Shown here: positions 62,881 to 64,000 of the stretch, in pieces
How positions within the stretch are numbered: the first letter of the stretch is position 1
Layout: every line of letters starts with the position of its first letter
Assembly: GCA_963827235.1 (NCBI GenBank)
Contig: CAWHAE010000008.1
Location: 32,001 to 96,000 of the forward strand
DNA from: an uncultured bacterium
GTDB taxonomy: Bacteria; Chloroflexota; UBA5177; JANWHV01
Direction of reading: 5' to 3'
Length of the DNA stretch: 64,000 nucleotides
Program-made: the position numbers and the translations under genes
Notes under the pieces: model-generated
The model's database searches: none
The model's input: only the letters and a program-made list of their open reading frames with translations
Told to the model about the DNA's origin: nothing

Positions 62881-64000
62881 TCAGAGGGCCTTGAAGTGGT
62901 CGATATGCTGCATGATGTCGATGAACGAGTCGGCGATGTTAACCAGCTCGGTCGAGACATTCGCCGCGAAGGCGACCACTTCCACTCGCACGCCCTTCTG
63001 CTGGATGTGCTCGATCACGCATTCGAAATCACTGTCACCCGACACCAGCACTACGACGTCGAGCCGGTCGGCCATGGTCAATATGTCCAGGGCCAGCTCG
63101 AGATCGAAGTTGCCTTTCGCACTGCCGTCGGAGAAGCGCTTCAACGGCTTGGTGATCAGCTTGTAGCCGGTACGCAGAAACGGTGCTACAAATCGCTGTG
63201 TCTCGTAGCGGATTCCCTCGCGGACGTCATCGATGATCGGCGAGTAGGACAGAGCGTGCACGAGATGCCGGTCGCGCGACAGGTACTTGAGCATGCGTCC
63301 GTAATCGATACTGACTCTGGCGTTGGCCGCTGCGTAGCAGACGTTCGGGGCGTCTACGAATATCGCCGTCTTGGGCTTGAACGCACGCACGCTTGTCGCG
63401 GCAGCGAGGTCCTGGAAAGACTTGTTCAGCGCCGACACGTTGGCGCTCAGCGTTTCGATCTGGCGGCCCTGCCCCTCGATCATTGCGCGCAGCAGGCGGT
63501 TCTGCACCTCGAGCAGACGCTCAGTCTTGGTTTCGCCCGGCGCCAATGGCTCGTCGGTGCGCAAGTCCGGCACCTCGATAGGCGCTGCGGAGAGGACCAG
63601 CTGAGGCGGGACGGGCAGCGCGATAGGCGCGGGCGGCACCGCCTGAGGGATCGGAGCGAAGCGGCCGCTCTGGCTGGGCTTTGGCGGCGGCATGGTTACT
63701 GCAGAATGGTTGCTCCGCGTGAACGTGCGTCCCCAGCGGCGCTGCGGGCCGCGCTCGCGCCACGACCGCTCAGTTCGGCCTTCGGTATCCGGGGTGAACA
63801 TGGCAGCGTAGCTGCCGTCGGATAGCTCGGGCGGCGCTGCTGCCGGTTCGGCGACCGCCGGAGTGTCGACGCCTGCCGGCAGGTCGATCACGTCGGCGTC
63901 TGCGCCCGAAGCGGGAACGACGTGCAGGGCTCCGCGTCGGCGACCCCGCCCGCCGCGCCGGCCGCGGCGGCCACGACGACGCGCTGCATCGGTGCCCTCC
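62881..64000 (-). CDS. NYN (LabA/DUF88) domain protein with long disordered N-terminus (5' end outside the window)
   Basis: IFVDAPNV, KGNFDLELALD, LVSGDSDF, GVRVEV; the frame stays open to the window edge. Confidence 0.9.
   Translation of the reverse strand, partial: EGTDAARRRGRRGRRGGRGRRRGALHVVPASGADADVIDLPAGVDTPAVAEPAAAPPELSDGSYAAMFTPDTEGRTERSWRERGPQRRWGRTFTRSNHSAVTMPPPKPSQSGRFAPIPQAVPPAPIALPVPPQLVLSAAPIEVPDLRTDEPLAPGETKTERLLEVQNRLLRAMIEGQGRQIETLSANVSALNKSFQDLAAATSVRAFKPKTAIFVDAPNVCYAAANARVSIDYGRMLKYLSRDRHLVHALSYSPIIDDVREGIRYETQRFVAPFLRTGYKLITKPLKRFSDGSAKGNFDLELALDILTMADRLDVVVLVSGDSDFECVIEHIQQKGVRVEVVAFAANVSTELVNIADSFIDIMQHIDHFKAL

Overview
This is a high-GC bacterial chromosome segment, most likely Chloroflexota (inferred from a Chloroflexi-type 'TGHxLxGxFLxFWxxNGG..WGxPITE' surface repeat, a tandem PRC-barrel/DUF2171-like protein and a Firmicutes-style T-box). 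The first 13.5 kb is accessory: an XRE-ATPase-TPR regulator, cupredoxin, cupin, Mo-oxidoreductase, a kinase-RDD fusion, an SRPBCC-HD-GYP fusion and several gene relics. The rest is mostly housekeeping: rpsF-ssb, aspS, coaX-ispE, a Leu T-box-controlled ilvB-ilvN-ilvC-leuA-leuB-cimA operon, rpsU, murI, pheA, a SAM-I-controlled mtnP-ahcY-metK operon and guaA-purD, interspersed with large secreted Thr/Pro-linker proteins. About 11 single-base frameshifts, several in core genes, point to long-read assembly errors. I saw no CRISPR array, tRNA, rRNA, transposase or prophage. The best candidate for an undescribed system is an overlapping pair of a RecD2 helicase and a divergent, C-terminally short MutS1 with no MutL nearby. 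It converges on an NYN ribonuclease with a disordered RG-rich arm. Other leads are a roughly 205-nt 6S-like rod upstream of aspS, duplicated Mo enzymes with RR versus RN Tat motifs, a PurD insertion and an unannotated poly-Arg microprotein.
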